A stretch of 34,792 bases of DNA from the IMG/VR virus record IMGVR_UViG_3300025676_000811, positions 1 through 34,792 of that record. One strand, written 5' to 3'. Shown here piece by piece: positions 17,826 through 26,957 of this stretch. The notes beneath the pieces are model-generated. The model saw nothing but the letters and a program-made list of their open reading frames with translations. It made no database searches and was not told where the DNA came from. This stretch comes from a virus. Its lineage: Duplodnaviria; Caudoviricetes. A program made the translations under genes and the position numbers. The stretch's first letter is position 1. Every line of letters begins with the position of its first letter.

Positions 17826-18497
17826 ATGGAATCAAATAATTTTTATAAGAAAGTATACAATGACCTTTATGATAGGGGGTATCATAGTAGTGGATTTGCT
17901 GGTAATAACTTATTAGATTTCCTAGTAGATAACTATACTCTTAATGAAAATAATAGAGTGTTGGATATAGGATGTTCTAATGGAAGTGGTGTTTCAAAAA
18001 TAAATAGTTTAGTAAATTCAAATATATGTTATGGTATTGATCCCGCTGATAAAGCAATTCAAATGTGTATTAAAAAAAATCCAAATGATGATGATAGGTT
18101 TAAAGTAGGTGCGTTACCTAACATTCCATTTGATGATGGTTATTTTAATGTTATTTTTAGTTCAGATGTAATAGAACATGTCTTACCAGAAGATATTGAA
18201 GAATCATTACAAGATATATACAGAGTAACTACTAAAGATTGTAATATATTTTTAGATATAGCTCTTGTACCAGAATCACATAGACCTGATAATTGGAAAC
18301 CAGTTTACGAAGCTAGTAATTTAGAAAATCTACATACTGGTTTGATTTCTAGTGATGAGTGGTTTATTAAAATTAAAGATAGTAATTTTAAAGTTAAAAA
18401 TCATGTTATAGAATATGAGGAAGATGGCCAACAGATAAACGGAAAGGATTATTCTGATCAAGAAGGCTGTTTAACTTTACATTTAACTAAAATATGA
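17826..18497 (+). CDS. Class I SAM-dependent methyltransferase
   Basis: VLDIGCSNG, YGIDPA, IPFDDGYFNVIFSSDVIEH. Confidence 0.88.
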   Translation: MESNNFYKKVYNDLYDRGYHSSGFAGNNLLDFLVDNYTLNENNRVLDIGCSNGSGVSKINSLVNSNICYGIDPADKAIQMCIKKNPNDDDRFKVGALPNIPFDDGYFNVIFSSDVIEHVLPEDIEESLQDIYRVTTKDCNIFLDIALVPESHRPDNWKPVYEASNLENLHTGLISSDEWFIKIKDSNFKVKNHVIEYEEDGQQINGKDYSDQEGCLTLHLTKI

Positions 18498-19129
18498 AAA
18501 TTATATCAGTTATACCAGCAAGGGGTGGAAGTAAGGGTATACCTTTAAAAAATTTAGTAGATATTAAGGGTAAACCTTTAATTTATTATTCAATACAATC
18601 ATCTTTAAAATCAAATGTAGATGAGACATGGGTATCTACCGATTCGGTTAGGATATCTAATATAGCAGGTGGTTTGGGTGCAAGAGTTCAAATGAGACCA
18701 GATGAGATAGCAACCGATACGTCACCGAGTGAAGAAACATTATTACATTTTACTGAGAATAATGATTTTGATATAATGGTTTTTATTCAAGCGACATCAC
18801 CACTAATAAAATCTACGGATATAAATAAAGGTTTAGAAATGATGGATGAGTATGATTCGGTTTTTAGTGTATATAGAGAACATTGGATACCGAGATGGTC
18901 TTTGAAGGTTGAATCGGAGTGGGATATCTATAATAGACCAATGAGACAACAAGTTGAAGAACATTATGTTGAAAATGGAGCGTTTTATATTACAACTCGG
19001 AAGAGATTATTAGATTCTAAATTGAGATATAGTGGGAGAATTGGTGCTGTTGAGATGCCACTTGAAAGAAGTTTCCAGGTAGACACTTATGATGATTTGT
19101 CATTGATAAAAAAATTAATTTCGGATTAA
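18494..19129 (+). CDS. neuA: CMP-nonulosonate synthetase (acylneuraminate cytidylyltransferase)
   Basis: IPARGGSKGIPLKN, VSTDS, QATSP, RPMRQ, ENGAFYI, VDTYDD. Confidence 0.93.
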   Translation: MKIISVIPARGGSKGIPLKNLVDIKGKPLIYYSIQSSLKSNVDETWVSTDSVRISNIAGGLGARVQMRPDEIATDTSPSEETLLHFTENNDFDIMVFIQATSPLIKSTDINKGLEMMDEYDSVFSVYREHWIPRWSLKVESEWDIYNRPMRQQVEEHYVENGAFYITTRKRLLDSKLRYSGRIGAVEMPLERSFQVDTYDDLSLIKKLISD

Positions 19130-19132
19130 AAA

Positions 19133-19807
19133 ATGAAAACAGTTTCATTATTATGTCGAGGAACTTCTTTGGGTTATATTAGTAATGTACCCAAAGTAGA
19201 TCATAGTGTTATAGTTAACTCATTTCATTATGAAGTAGAGAATATTCAAGTACATGAATATCTATCTGCATGTTCTACCGTAACTCATGTATTAAGTTTA
19301 GCTGCATATTTTCCAAATGCTGGTGCTAATGATATTTATAAAAAATATAATTTTGACAAAATCGTCTTACCTTATGTGAAAGAAGTATCGCCACCAATTC
19401 CAAATCATATTTTACAAATAGAAGGTCGTGGTGGTATATTACCGGTTAAAAATTTAGATGATATAAATAAAGAAGATATGATATCTCACCCCAGATATGC
19501 CTTTACTTCACCTACTAGTGGTTTAGATGCGTTGTTGTATATTGTTAATGAACTTGAACCTGATGAGGTTAACATTGTAGGATTAGATTTTTATGATGAT
19601 ACTGGATATTTGACAAATTCTAATGGAAGAGCAAGAAATGAAGCACCAACAAAAGTAGCAATTCGTAGCGGTGAACCTACTGACAAGATGCAAGAGTTTT
19701 TTTTAAATTTTGTAAAGAAAAAATCAAGTATAAAATTTAATTTATATACAACATCAAAAATTAAGTCTGGTATTGATAATTTGAAAGTCAAAAAGGTAAT
19801 GCCATGA
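19133..19807 (+). CDS. Putative sialyltransferase (GT42/GT29-like)
   Basis: LLCRGTSL...IVNSFHYE and PTSGLDALL...DEVNIVGLDFY resemble Cst-II GNGPSL/CNQFYFE/TSG...IYLSGIDFY; directly follows neuA. Confidence 0.55.
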   Translation: MKTVSLLCRGTSLGYISNVPKVDHSVIVNSFHYEVENIQVHEYLSACSTVTHVLSLAAYFPNAGANDIYKKYNFDKIVLPYVKEVSPPIPNHILQIEGRGGILPVKNLDDINKEDMISHPRYAFTSPTSGLDALLYIVNELEPDEVNIVGLDFYDDTGYLTNSNGRARNEAPTKVAIRSGEPTDKMQEFFLNFVKKKSSIKFNLYTTSKIKSGIDNLKVKKVMP

Positions 19808-20028
19808 AAACACCAGAGATAAATTTACAATCATCTGTGAATGTTCAAGGTAAATATGTCACTCAGATAATACATTTTGTTGGTGGGGTAAAAAGAACAT
19901 ATCATGGTATTGATACGGATTCAATTAAACAAGGTCAATTTACAAAAATGAAACTTAAAGATGGATCTATGTTAGTAGTTAATGATGTTAATGTTTTAGT
20001 GATAGAGGTATTTCCTGAAAATGATTAA
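19804..20028 (+). CDS. Small beta-rich hypothetical protein
   Basis: 74 aa; ATGA coupling upstream and overlap downstream. Confidence 0.65.
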   Translation: MKTPEINLQSSVNVQGKYVTQIIHFVGGVKRTYHGIDTDSIKQGQFTKMKLKDGSMLVVNDVNVLVIEVFPEND

Positions 20029-21136
20029 TATTTATCAACCTTCACTTGGTCAAGAAGAACTTGACGCAATACAAAAGGTATTTGAAAGTAATTGGCTGGG
20101 AAAGGGAAAACTAACAGAAAAATTTGTTGAAAAGTTTTCATTAAAGTTAAAATCACATCCCAATAATTTTAAAACTATCTGTAGTTGTACCGAGGGTTTA
20201 TTTCAGTCAATGAATATTTTAGATATAACTGATGGTGATGAGGTAATTTTACCATCAGTTAGTTTTATAGGTGCTGCAAATGCTATCGTGAATTGTGGTG
20301 CAAAACCAGTATTCTGTGATGTTGATACTAGAACTTTAAATGTAAGTGCTGATGACATAGAAAAAAATATAACTAAAAAAACAAAAGCGGTAATAATATT
20401 ACATTATGCTGGTGTTCCATGTGATATGGATGAAATAGTGGATTTGTGTGATAAACACAATATTAAGTTAATAGAAGATAATGCTAATAGTCCCATATCA
20501 AAATACAACAATCAGTTTACAGGAACTATCGGTGATATAGGTCTTTGGTCATTTGATGCTATGAAAATACTAGTTATGGGTGATGGTGGTTTAGTTTATT
20601 GTAAAGACCTTGAGTTAGCTAAAAGACTTGATTATGAAGCATACTTGGGTTTAAAAAGTGCTAGTGGATTTTCAAATTCTATAGATACCAAATGGTGGGA
20701 ATTTGATATAGAGTTGCCTGGTAGAAGAGTAATAATAAATGATGTTACTGCTGCTATAGGTTTAGAACAACTTAAAAAGTTAGATGGTTTTATATCAAGG
20801 CGAAAAGAAATACATACAATGTATAACAATACATTGAAACATGTGGATTGGATTGATGTTCCACGAGAGATACCAATCAATAAAGAAAGTTCATACTATA
20901 TGTATCATATTCAAACAGATAAAAGAGATGAGTTGGCTAGACATTTAAAAGACAATGGAGTATATACTTCATTTAGATATTACCCTTTACATAAGGTCAA
21001 GTACTATGAAGATGGGCTTTCATTAAAAAATACAGAAAAAATAATGGATAGAACATTATGCCTACCTTTACACCAATCTTTAACTGATGATGAAGTTAAT
21101 CATGTGTGTGATGTAATTTATAATTTTAATTTATAG
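20021..21136 (+). CDS. DegT/DnrJ/EryC1/StrS PLP-dependent sugar aminotransferase
   Basis: GDEVILPS, PVFCDVD, LIEDNAN, WSFDAMK (PLP lysine) followed by GDGG, TLCLPLH. Confidence 0.93.
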   Translation: MINIYQPSLGQEELDAIQKVFESNWLGKGKLTEKFVEKFSLKLKSHPNNFKTICSCTEGLFQSMNILDITDGDEVILPSVSFIGAANAIVNCGAKPVFCDVDTRTLNVSADDIEKNITKKTKAVIILHYAGVPCDMDEIVDLCDKHNIKLIEDNANSPISKYNNQFTGTIGDIGLWSFDAMKILVMGDGGLVYCKDLELAKRLDYEAYLGLKSASGFSNSIDTKWWEFDIELPGRRVIINDVTAAIGLEQLKKLDGFISRRKEIHTMYNNTLKHVDWIDVPREIPINKESSYYMYHIQTDKRDELARHLKDNGVYTSFRYYPLHKVKYYEDGLSLKNTEKIMDRTLCLPLHQSLTDDEVNHVCDVIYNFNL

Positions 21137-21145
21137 GAGTTTAAT

Positions 21146-21199
21146 ATGAGACATTTACATTTGGAAAAAATAATTATTTTAATAAAGGGGTTTAAATAA
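21146..21199 (+). CDS. 17-aa mini-ORF (possible gene remnant or coupling peptide)
   Basis: SD AGGAG at 21135-21139; MRHLHLEKIIILIKGFK*; its stop directly abuts the in-frame ATG at 21200. Confidence 0.35.
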   Translation: MRHLHLEKIIILIKGFK

Positions 21200-21820
21200 A
21201 TGAATAATTTATATTTAAATGCTTGGGGTGGAGTTGGTTCTAAAACTTTAACAAAAAATTTTGGTACAAGTTATTATGTATGGCATACACATTGGCCAAA
21301 ATTACCTATTTTACAGCCTAGCTACAACGGTGAGCAAAATGAATTTGAACCTATAATAAATGAAGATACTAAAGTATTATACATATATGGAAATCCATAT
21401 AATGCATTACTATCTTATTATAGAAGGTCACAAGTTGATAAAACTTGGATTCAGAGACATTGTGAGGATTTGAATGGGAGATATTCTGAAATTAATCCAA
21501 ATTGGTCTGTTGAAGATTATTTAAATAATGGTGAAGATTTGTTAGGTTTAGAACCTCATTTAGATACATGGTTGGATGCGAAAGTGAACTATGATATATT
21601 ATTTGTTGAGTTTGAAAACATGTGGAATAATCTAGAACTTATATTTAATTATTTGGAAATAGATAAATCATATATAAATACATTTCCACCAATGAAAGTT
21701 CGTGCATCAGATTGGACAAACCAATCAGAAAATATTCAAAATAAATTACAAACGTTGTATGGTGAATTGTACGATAAAGTTAAACAGAACGGAACTATAG
21801 TTAAGGGGGCAAGTAAATGA
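21200..21820 (+). CDS. Sulfotransferase-like P-loop protein (tentative)
   Basis: N-terminal AWGGVGSKTL, WHTH, VLYIYGNPYNALLSYY (3'-PB-like), ILFVEFENM...IFNYL; the canonical Arg/Lys residues are not evident. Confidence 0.45.
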   Translation: MNNLYLNAWGGVGSKTLTKNFGTSYYVWHTHWPKLPILQPSYNGEQNEFEPIINEDTKVLYIYGNPYNALLSYYRRSQVDKTWIQRHCEDLNGRYSEINPNWSVEDYLNNGEDLLGLEPHLDTWLDAKVNYDILFVEFENMWNNLELIFNYLEIDKSYINTFPPMKVRASDWTNQSENIQNKLQTLYGELYDKVKQNGTIVKGASK

Positions 21821-22692
21821 AAACATATGAAGATAGTATAGATTTCATAACAGTAGTTTTCAAACGAATAGATTATGTAAAATTAATACATGAAAGTATT
21901 AAAAAGTATGTAGACTATCCATATAAATATTACATAGTTAATAATGGAGACAATTCTGAAAATAGTCTTGAATTAAAAAAACTTAACGAAATGTTTGGAG
22001 AAGACGATAATGTTGTTATTGTTGAAGGCATACACCAAGTTAACCAAGATGATGGGGTAGTTGTACCCACCAATGCTAATCAAAAATATCCACAAGAATA
22101 TTTTATTGATAATTATGGTTGGGATGGGTATAGTAAATATGATAAAAGACCATTGGGATTTGCTAGTTGGTTACAATCTGAAGCTATGACTATAGGCACT
22201 AAAATTGGAAATGGAAAATATATTTGTCAAGTGGAACATGATGTTGTTTTTTTAAATAAGTGGGTAGAGCACGTACTACCGATGTTAGAAGAAAATTCTT
22301 ATGTTTCATATGGTTGGAGAAATGACATTGACATTCCATGTATACCACAATGGTCTATTTTAAAACGAGAAACAATAGAAAATAATTTTTATAAAGAACC
22401 CGGAGACTTGTATCCAAATTGTCATTACAAAGATACATATGGATTGTTATCATTATGGGCGAAAGAGAACAATCAACCATATATTATTCTGAAAAATAGT
22501 TGGAATAATAGAGAATTAAAATCAGAACACTTGTTAAATTTAAGTTTTGGAGAAGAAGCTTGGGTAAATGAAGTTCCATTTCTACATCATGGTGGTAGAG
22601 GTGCAACTAGGTCTATAGATTACTATAATGAATTTAGAGACGAGGTTATTAAATATTTAGAACTAAACGTGAGGAAAGATGATGAAAATTAG
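21817..22692 (+). CDS. Glycosyltransferase, GT-A fold (GT2-like)
   Basis: IDFITVVF, YIVNNGD, VEHDVVFL (DxD-like), FLHHGGRG; paralogue of 23832-24740. Confidence 0.7.
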   Translation: MKTYEDSIDFITVVFKRIDYVKLIHESIKKYVDYPYKYYIVNNGDNSENSLELKKLNEMFGEDDNVVIVEGIHQVNQDDGVVVPTNANQKYPQEYFIDNYGWDGYSKYDKRPLGFASWLQSEAMTIGTKIGNGKYICQVEHDVVFLNKWVEHVLPMLEENSYVSYGWRNDIDIPCIPQWSILKRETIENNFYKEPGDLYPNCHYKDTYGLLSLWAKENNQPYIILKNSWNNRELKSEHLLNLSFGEEAWVNEVPFLHHGGRGATRSIDYYNEFRDEVIKYLELNVRKDDEN

Positions 22693-23824
22693 AGAGAAAA
22701 TGTTACCAGTTTTAGGACCTAAAGGCGGCAAGGAAGAAATTCAAGCTCTTCAAGAGGTTATTGAAAGTGGATGGTGGGGTAAAGGTCCTAAAGTTGCTGA
22801 ATTTGAAGAAAAATTTGCTAAAATGGTTGGGCATAAATATGCTGTAGCCGTAACTAGTGCTTCACACGGTCAAGATTTGATTATGAAGGCTTTGGGTTTA
22901 AAGGGTATAGATGTAATTAATCCAACTATATCATTTATAGCAACTGCTATGATTCCACTATGGAATGATTATACTTCAAATATAGTTGATGTATTACCGG
23001 ATACCATGTGTATTGATCCTAAAGATGTAGAACGATATAAGAAATCAAATAGTGAAGTTTTAATTTCTGTTAATCAAGCTGGTGTTCCTGCTGATTACGA
23101 AGGTCTACGAAAAGTATTTGATGGGTTTATACTTGAAGATACTGCTCATAGTTGCTATACACCAGGCGCAGGTTTGGGAGGAGATGCTGCAGTTTGGTCA
23201 TTTCAGGCAGTAAAAACTATGCCATGCGGCGATGGTGGGATGATAACAACCAATGATAAACAACTCGCGGATAAATGTAGAGAGATGACTTGGTTTGGCG
23301 TATCTTCAACTTGGAGTAGAGCTAGTGGTGCGACGCCGGGATATGCTTGGGATTATCAAGTGGATTTGATTGGTTATAAATATTATATGATTGATATTAT
23401 GGCGGCTATTTGTTTGGAACAGATGAAGAAGTTACCAGCTAATTTAGAATTTCGTAGACATATACAGAAACGATATAATGAGGAATTACATCCAATTATA
23501 GAAAGACCATATCACACAGAAACCGTTCAGTATTATTGTGCTAAAGTACCACAGAAGATTTGGAATGTGGCTCCTGATGGTAGTGGTCATTCCTTAACAA
23601 CACGCGATGATTTAATAGATTATTTGGCTAGTAAAAAGATACATACATCGGTTCATTTTAAACCACTTCATAAATATGCTCCATTATTACAGGATAGAGA
23701 TTATCCTGTTGCTGATGTAGAGTGGTTAAAATTAATATCTTTGCCAGTTCATAGTGGAATGCTTGAAGAGGATATTGACTATGTAATCTATTGGGTTAAT
23801 AAATACTTTGACGAGAGGGTTTAG
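22679..23824 (+). CDS. DegT/DnrJ/EryC1/StrS PLP-dependent sugar aminotransferase
   Basis: SGWWGKGPKVAEFE, LEDTAHS, WSFQAVK followed by GDGG, LISLPVH. Confidence 0.93.
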   Translation: MMKIREKMLPVLGPKGGKEEIQALQEVIESGWWGKGPKVAEFEEKFAKMVGHKYAVAVTSASHGQDLIMKALGLKGIDVINPTISFIATAMIPLWNDYTSNIVDVLPDTMCIDPKDVERYKKSNSEVLISVNQAGVPADYEGLRKVFDGFILEDTAHSCYTPGAGLGGDAAVWSFQAVKTMPCGDGGMITTNDKQLADKCREMTWFGVSSTWSRASGATPGYAWDYQVDLIGYKYYMIDIMAAICLEQMKKLPANLEFRRHIQKRYNEELHPIIERPYHTETVQYYCAKVPQKIWNVAPDGSGHSLTTRDDLIDYLASKKIHTSVHFKPLHKYAPLLQDRDYPVADVEWLKLISLPVHSGMLEEDIDYVIYWVNKYFDERV

Positions 23825-23831
23825 TAATATT

Positions 23832-24740
23832 ATGAGTAATTATAAAGATGGTATAGATTTTGTTGTAGTTAGTTATTGTAAACAAGATTATGTTAGGTTA
23901 ATGGTTCTAAGTATTATGAAATTTTTTAAAGAAGTTCCATTCACGATTCATGTAGTTGTAAACTATTTGAATGAAAATGAGATAGCTCTTCATAAAGAAA
24001 TGTTTAAAGATAACGATAAAGTAGTTGTCTTGAAAGGTGTTGATCAATCAACCACAACATTACATGGTAGTCAAGGTGAATTTACGCAAAGTGTACCAGA
24101 TACGATTGGTTTAATTGATTCATGTAGTGTAGCTGCTGGTAGTCACTATGGTGCTACTGGAAATAACATTGGTATTTTGAGTGGAACTCGTAAATATGTT
24201 TGTGTTGTAGACCAAGATGCAATCTTTCTAGATAAATGTGCAGATGAATTAATGAAACTAGCAGATAAATATTTTTTTATATCTAATAGATGGGATCCTG
24301 GTAATATTTTCAGAGGTTTGATTGAAAAGGGAACTTGTGATGGTACATGGGAAGATGGTATAGCGAGAGTTATGTTATTCTTTTCAAAGAGAGATATATA
24401 CGATGAGATACAATCAGAGAATTATGTGGAACGTGGTATATGGAGAGATAGTCCTTGGAATTGTGACTATAGGGATAATGCAGGTAATATGACATGGCAC
24501 GCTAAACAAAAAGGATACGAATGGTTGATATTAAAAAACTCTTACAGAGATAGTTTCAGAAAAGATAATAATTTATGGAGAGAACATGTTCTTGACATAA
24601 AACATCCATATTCAGAACAATGTTGGGTAGGCAGTAAACCTATATTTTTTCATCATGGTCGAGGTGGTTATAGAAGGTTGGAAGATTTAAAAAACGAATG
24701 GATACTAAAAGTTGAAGACTATTTTAAAATTAAAAAATAA
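23832..24740 (+). CDS. Glycosyltransferase, GT-A fold (GT2-like)
   Basis: IDFVVVSY, VVDQDAIFL (DxD motif), FFHHGRGG; ATG 23832 preferred because it aligns with the paralogue start. Confidence 0.7.
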   Translation: MSNYKDGIDFVVVSYCKQDYVRLMVLSIMKFFKEVPFTIHVVVNYLNENEIALHKEMFKDNDKVVVLKGVDQSTTTLHGSQGEFTQSVPDTIGLIDSCSVAAGSHYGATGNNIGILSGTRKYVCVVDQDAIFLDKCADELMKLADKYFFISNRWDPGNIFRGLIEKGTCDGTWEDGIARVMLFFSKRDIYDEIQSENYVERGIWRDSPWNCDYRDNAGNMTWHAKQKGYEWLILKNSYRDSFRKDNNLWREHVLDIKHPYSEQCWVGSKPIFFHHGRGGYRRLEDLKNEWILKVEDYFKIKK

Positions 24741-24762
24741 ATTGTTTTTTGAAAAATTAATA

Positions 24763-24783
24763 TATATTTATGTATATACAAAA
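24763..24783. promoter_or_regulatory. 21-bp element, copy 2
   Basis: Identical to 9193-9213; lies in a 56-nt intergenic gap; palindrome ends 16 nt before ATG 24797. Confidence 0.65.
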
Positions 24784-24796
24784 TAGGTTTTATTAA

Positions 24797-25597
24797 ATGA
24801 AAAATGTTTTATTTTTAATTGCAGTTCCAAGTCAACACGAGTATTTAAATAAAAAACACGGTGGATTTAAGTATTTTCAGTATTCTATACCATCTTGGAA
24901 ATATTGGTGTGAAAAGAATAACGTAGAGCTTTTCATATATGACAAACCATCAGACTCAGAACATATAAAGCATAAACCTACTTGGCAACGATGGTTCGAT
25001 GTATTCGACCAATTGGATAATACTGGTATAGACTACGATAAAGTTGGTGTTATAGACGCCTCTACAATAGTAAGATGGGACACTCCAAACTTTTTTGATT
25101 TAGTTGGTGAGAATGAAGTTAACTGTTTTAGGTCTTTTGAAAATTTGAGATGGTTACATGAAGGAGTAAGTGGGTATAGTAATCTATTTAATAATTATAA
25201 TTTTGACTTGACAAAATATGTTAGTTGTGGGTGGCAGATATTTGATAAGAATCATAGAAAATTTTTAGATACTGTTAAAGAATATTATTATACTAATTAT
25301 GATAGCATTATGGAGTTACAAAACAACAAAGTTTCTCGTGGAACAGACCAACCGGTATATAACTATTTATTACAAATTCATAATATTAATGTGGTTCGTA
25401 AATTACCACCACCATTTATGTTAAATCATTTAAGTAGATTTGATTGGTTTTCTCATAATTGGCAACTAAATGAAGATAAAACACCATTTTTTATAAAGTA
25501 TGGATATGTATGGTTTTTTAGTGGATTTCCACAACGAGGTGATAGAGAAGATATGATGAAACAAACTTGGGATGCTGTAAAGGGGCAATATAAATGA
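24797..25597 (+). CDS. Glycosyltransferase, GT-A fold (GT8/GT34-like)
   Basis: SWKYWCEKN, IDASTIV, GTDQPVYNY. Confidence 0.7.
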   Translation: MKNVLFLIAVPSQHEYLNKKHGGFKYFQYSIPSWKYWCEKNNVELFIYDKPSDSEHIKHKPTWQRWFDVFDQLDNTGIDYDKVGVIDASTIVRWDTPNFFDLVGENEVNCFRSFENLRWLHEGVSGYSNLFNNYNFDLTKYVSCGWQIFDKNHRKFLDTVKEYYYTNYDSIMELQNNKVSRGTDQPVYNYLLQIHNINVVRKLPPPFMLNHLSRFDWFSHNWQLNEDKTPFFIKYGYVWFFSGFPQRGDREDMMKQTWDAVKGQYK

Positions 25598-26340
25598 AAA
25601 ATATAGTATTTATTCCAAATGTAAAAGGAACAGATGAGAAACGCTTACGCGAAGTTGCATATGATTTATCAGTAAAAAGTTGGAAGTATTGGTGTGAGAA
25701 AAATGGTTGTGAATTAGTTGTTATGAATGAACTTATTCATGACTATGATGAGATGAAAATAACTTGGCAAAGATATTATGTACTTGAAATATTAGAAAAT
25801 TCTAATATTGAATATGACCAAGTGTTGATGGTAGATGCTGATACATTAGTACACCCAAATTGTCCTAATTTTTTTGAGATGACAGAACATAAGTATGTTG
25901 GGGTGCATAACTATGGTAGTTACGATTGGATACTCAGAAGTATAGAAAATTATAGTCATTACTTTTTTAATGGGAAGATGTTTCCATATTATGAATATAT
26001 AAATGGTGGATTTCAGATTTTTAATAGAAAACATAAAGAGTTTTTAAAATCAGTTGTTCAGTTTTATTGGGATAATAAAGATAATTTACTTGAAGTACAA
26101 AACAAATTATTTAATGGTACTGACCAGACACCAATGAATTTTTTATTAAGAGAACATAATATTGATTTAAAAATATTACCTTATGAATTTAACATGCAAG
26201 ACATGATGAGAGTTGAAGTTTTGGGGGCTGATATGTTACATACTAAATATGGATGGATATATCATTTTAACTGTGGCGTAAGACCACATCCTAGAGCTTG
26301 GATGGAAGCTACATATAAACATTTATTTGAAGGGAAGTGA
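25594..26340 (+). CDS. Glycosyltransferase, GT-A fold (GT8/GT34-like)
   Basis: SWKYWCEKN, VDADTLV (DxD motif), YINGGF, GTDQTPMN, LPYEFN, IYHF. Confidence 0.8.
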   Translation: MKNIVFIPNVKGTDEKRLREVAYDLSVKSWKYWCEKNGCELVVMNELIHDYDEMKITWQRYYVLEILENSNIEYDQVLMVDADTLVHPNCPNFFEMTEHKYVGVHNYGSYDWILRSIENYSHYFFNGKMFPYYEYINGGFQIFNRKHKEFLKSVVQFYWDNKDNLLEVQNKLFNGTDQTPMNFLLREHNIDLKILPYEFNMQDMMRVEVLGADMLHTKYGWIYHFNCGVRPHPRAWMEATYKHLFEGK

Positions 26341-26342
26341 GA

Positions 26343-26957
26343 ATGGAAAAACAAGAAATATTAAAGGGAGCGATTGGGAAGTTAGATCCTGGTGGTAGAT
26401 CAACGACTTCAGTTAAATTTAAATCAGATTTAATTGATTACTTTATGGATAAAAATTTAAATTCAGTACTAGAATTGGGAACATGGGGAGGCCATACTAC
26501 AAGAATATTAAGTTATTTATTTAAAAAAGTTATAACAGTAGATATGCCCAATGAATTTGAACGTAGAATATTAGGATCAGGACAGGCAGCTGATATTAAT
26601 AAGGATAGAGATAATATAACGTATACACCATTAGATTTATATAGAGATAATTGGAATTTTGAAGAACAAGATGTAGTATTCATTGATGCAGATCATTGTA
26701 TGAACTCATGTATATCGGATATTGATAATTCATTAAAATTGGTATCTAATGGTGGTTACTTAGTTTTTGATGATTTTAGTAATCCTTCAGACGAATATGG
26801 TGTACGAAAATCGGTTAATCAATATATTGAAAGTGGAATTTTAGTCGCTGATAAGTTTATCGGAGAGGAAGATACTACAAGTTTTTTTACTCACACCGTG
26901 TCAGTTGATAAATTGAATGGGACTCCTGAGGGAGTTATTTGTAGGGTAGTTATATGA
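26343..26957 (+). CDS. SAM-dependent methyltransferase (Methyltransf_24-like)
   Basis: VLELGTWGG, VFIDADH, GGYLVFDDF...GV; start at GTG 26337 or ATG 26343. Confidence 0.85.
   Translation: MEKQEILKGAIGKLDPGGRSTTSVKFKSDLIDYFMDKNLNSVLELGTWGGHTTRILSYLFKKVITVDMPNEFERRILGSGQAADINKDRDNITYTPLDLYRDNWNFEEQDVVFIDADHCMNSCISDIDNSLKLVSNGGYLVFDDFSNPSDEYGVRKSVNQYIESGILVADKFIGEEDTTSFFTHTVSVDKLNGTPEGVICRVVI

Noticed and set aside
21673-21680. T4 late promoter TATAAATA matches (also near 18760 and 19463)
   Set aside because: They are intragenic and expected by chance in such AT-rich DNA; no supporting context.
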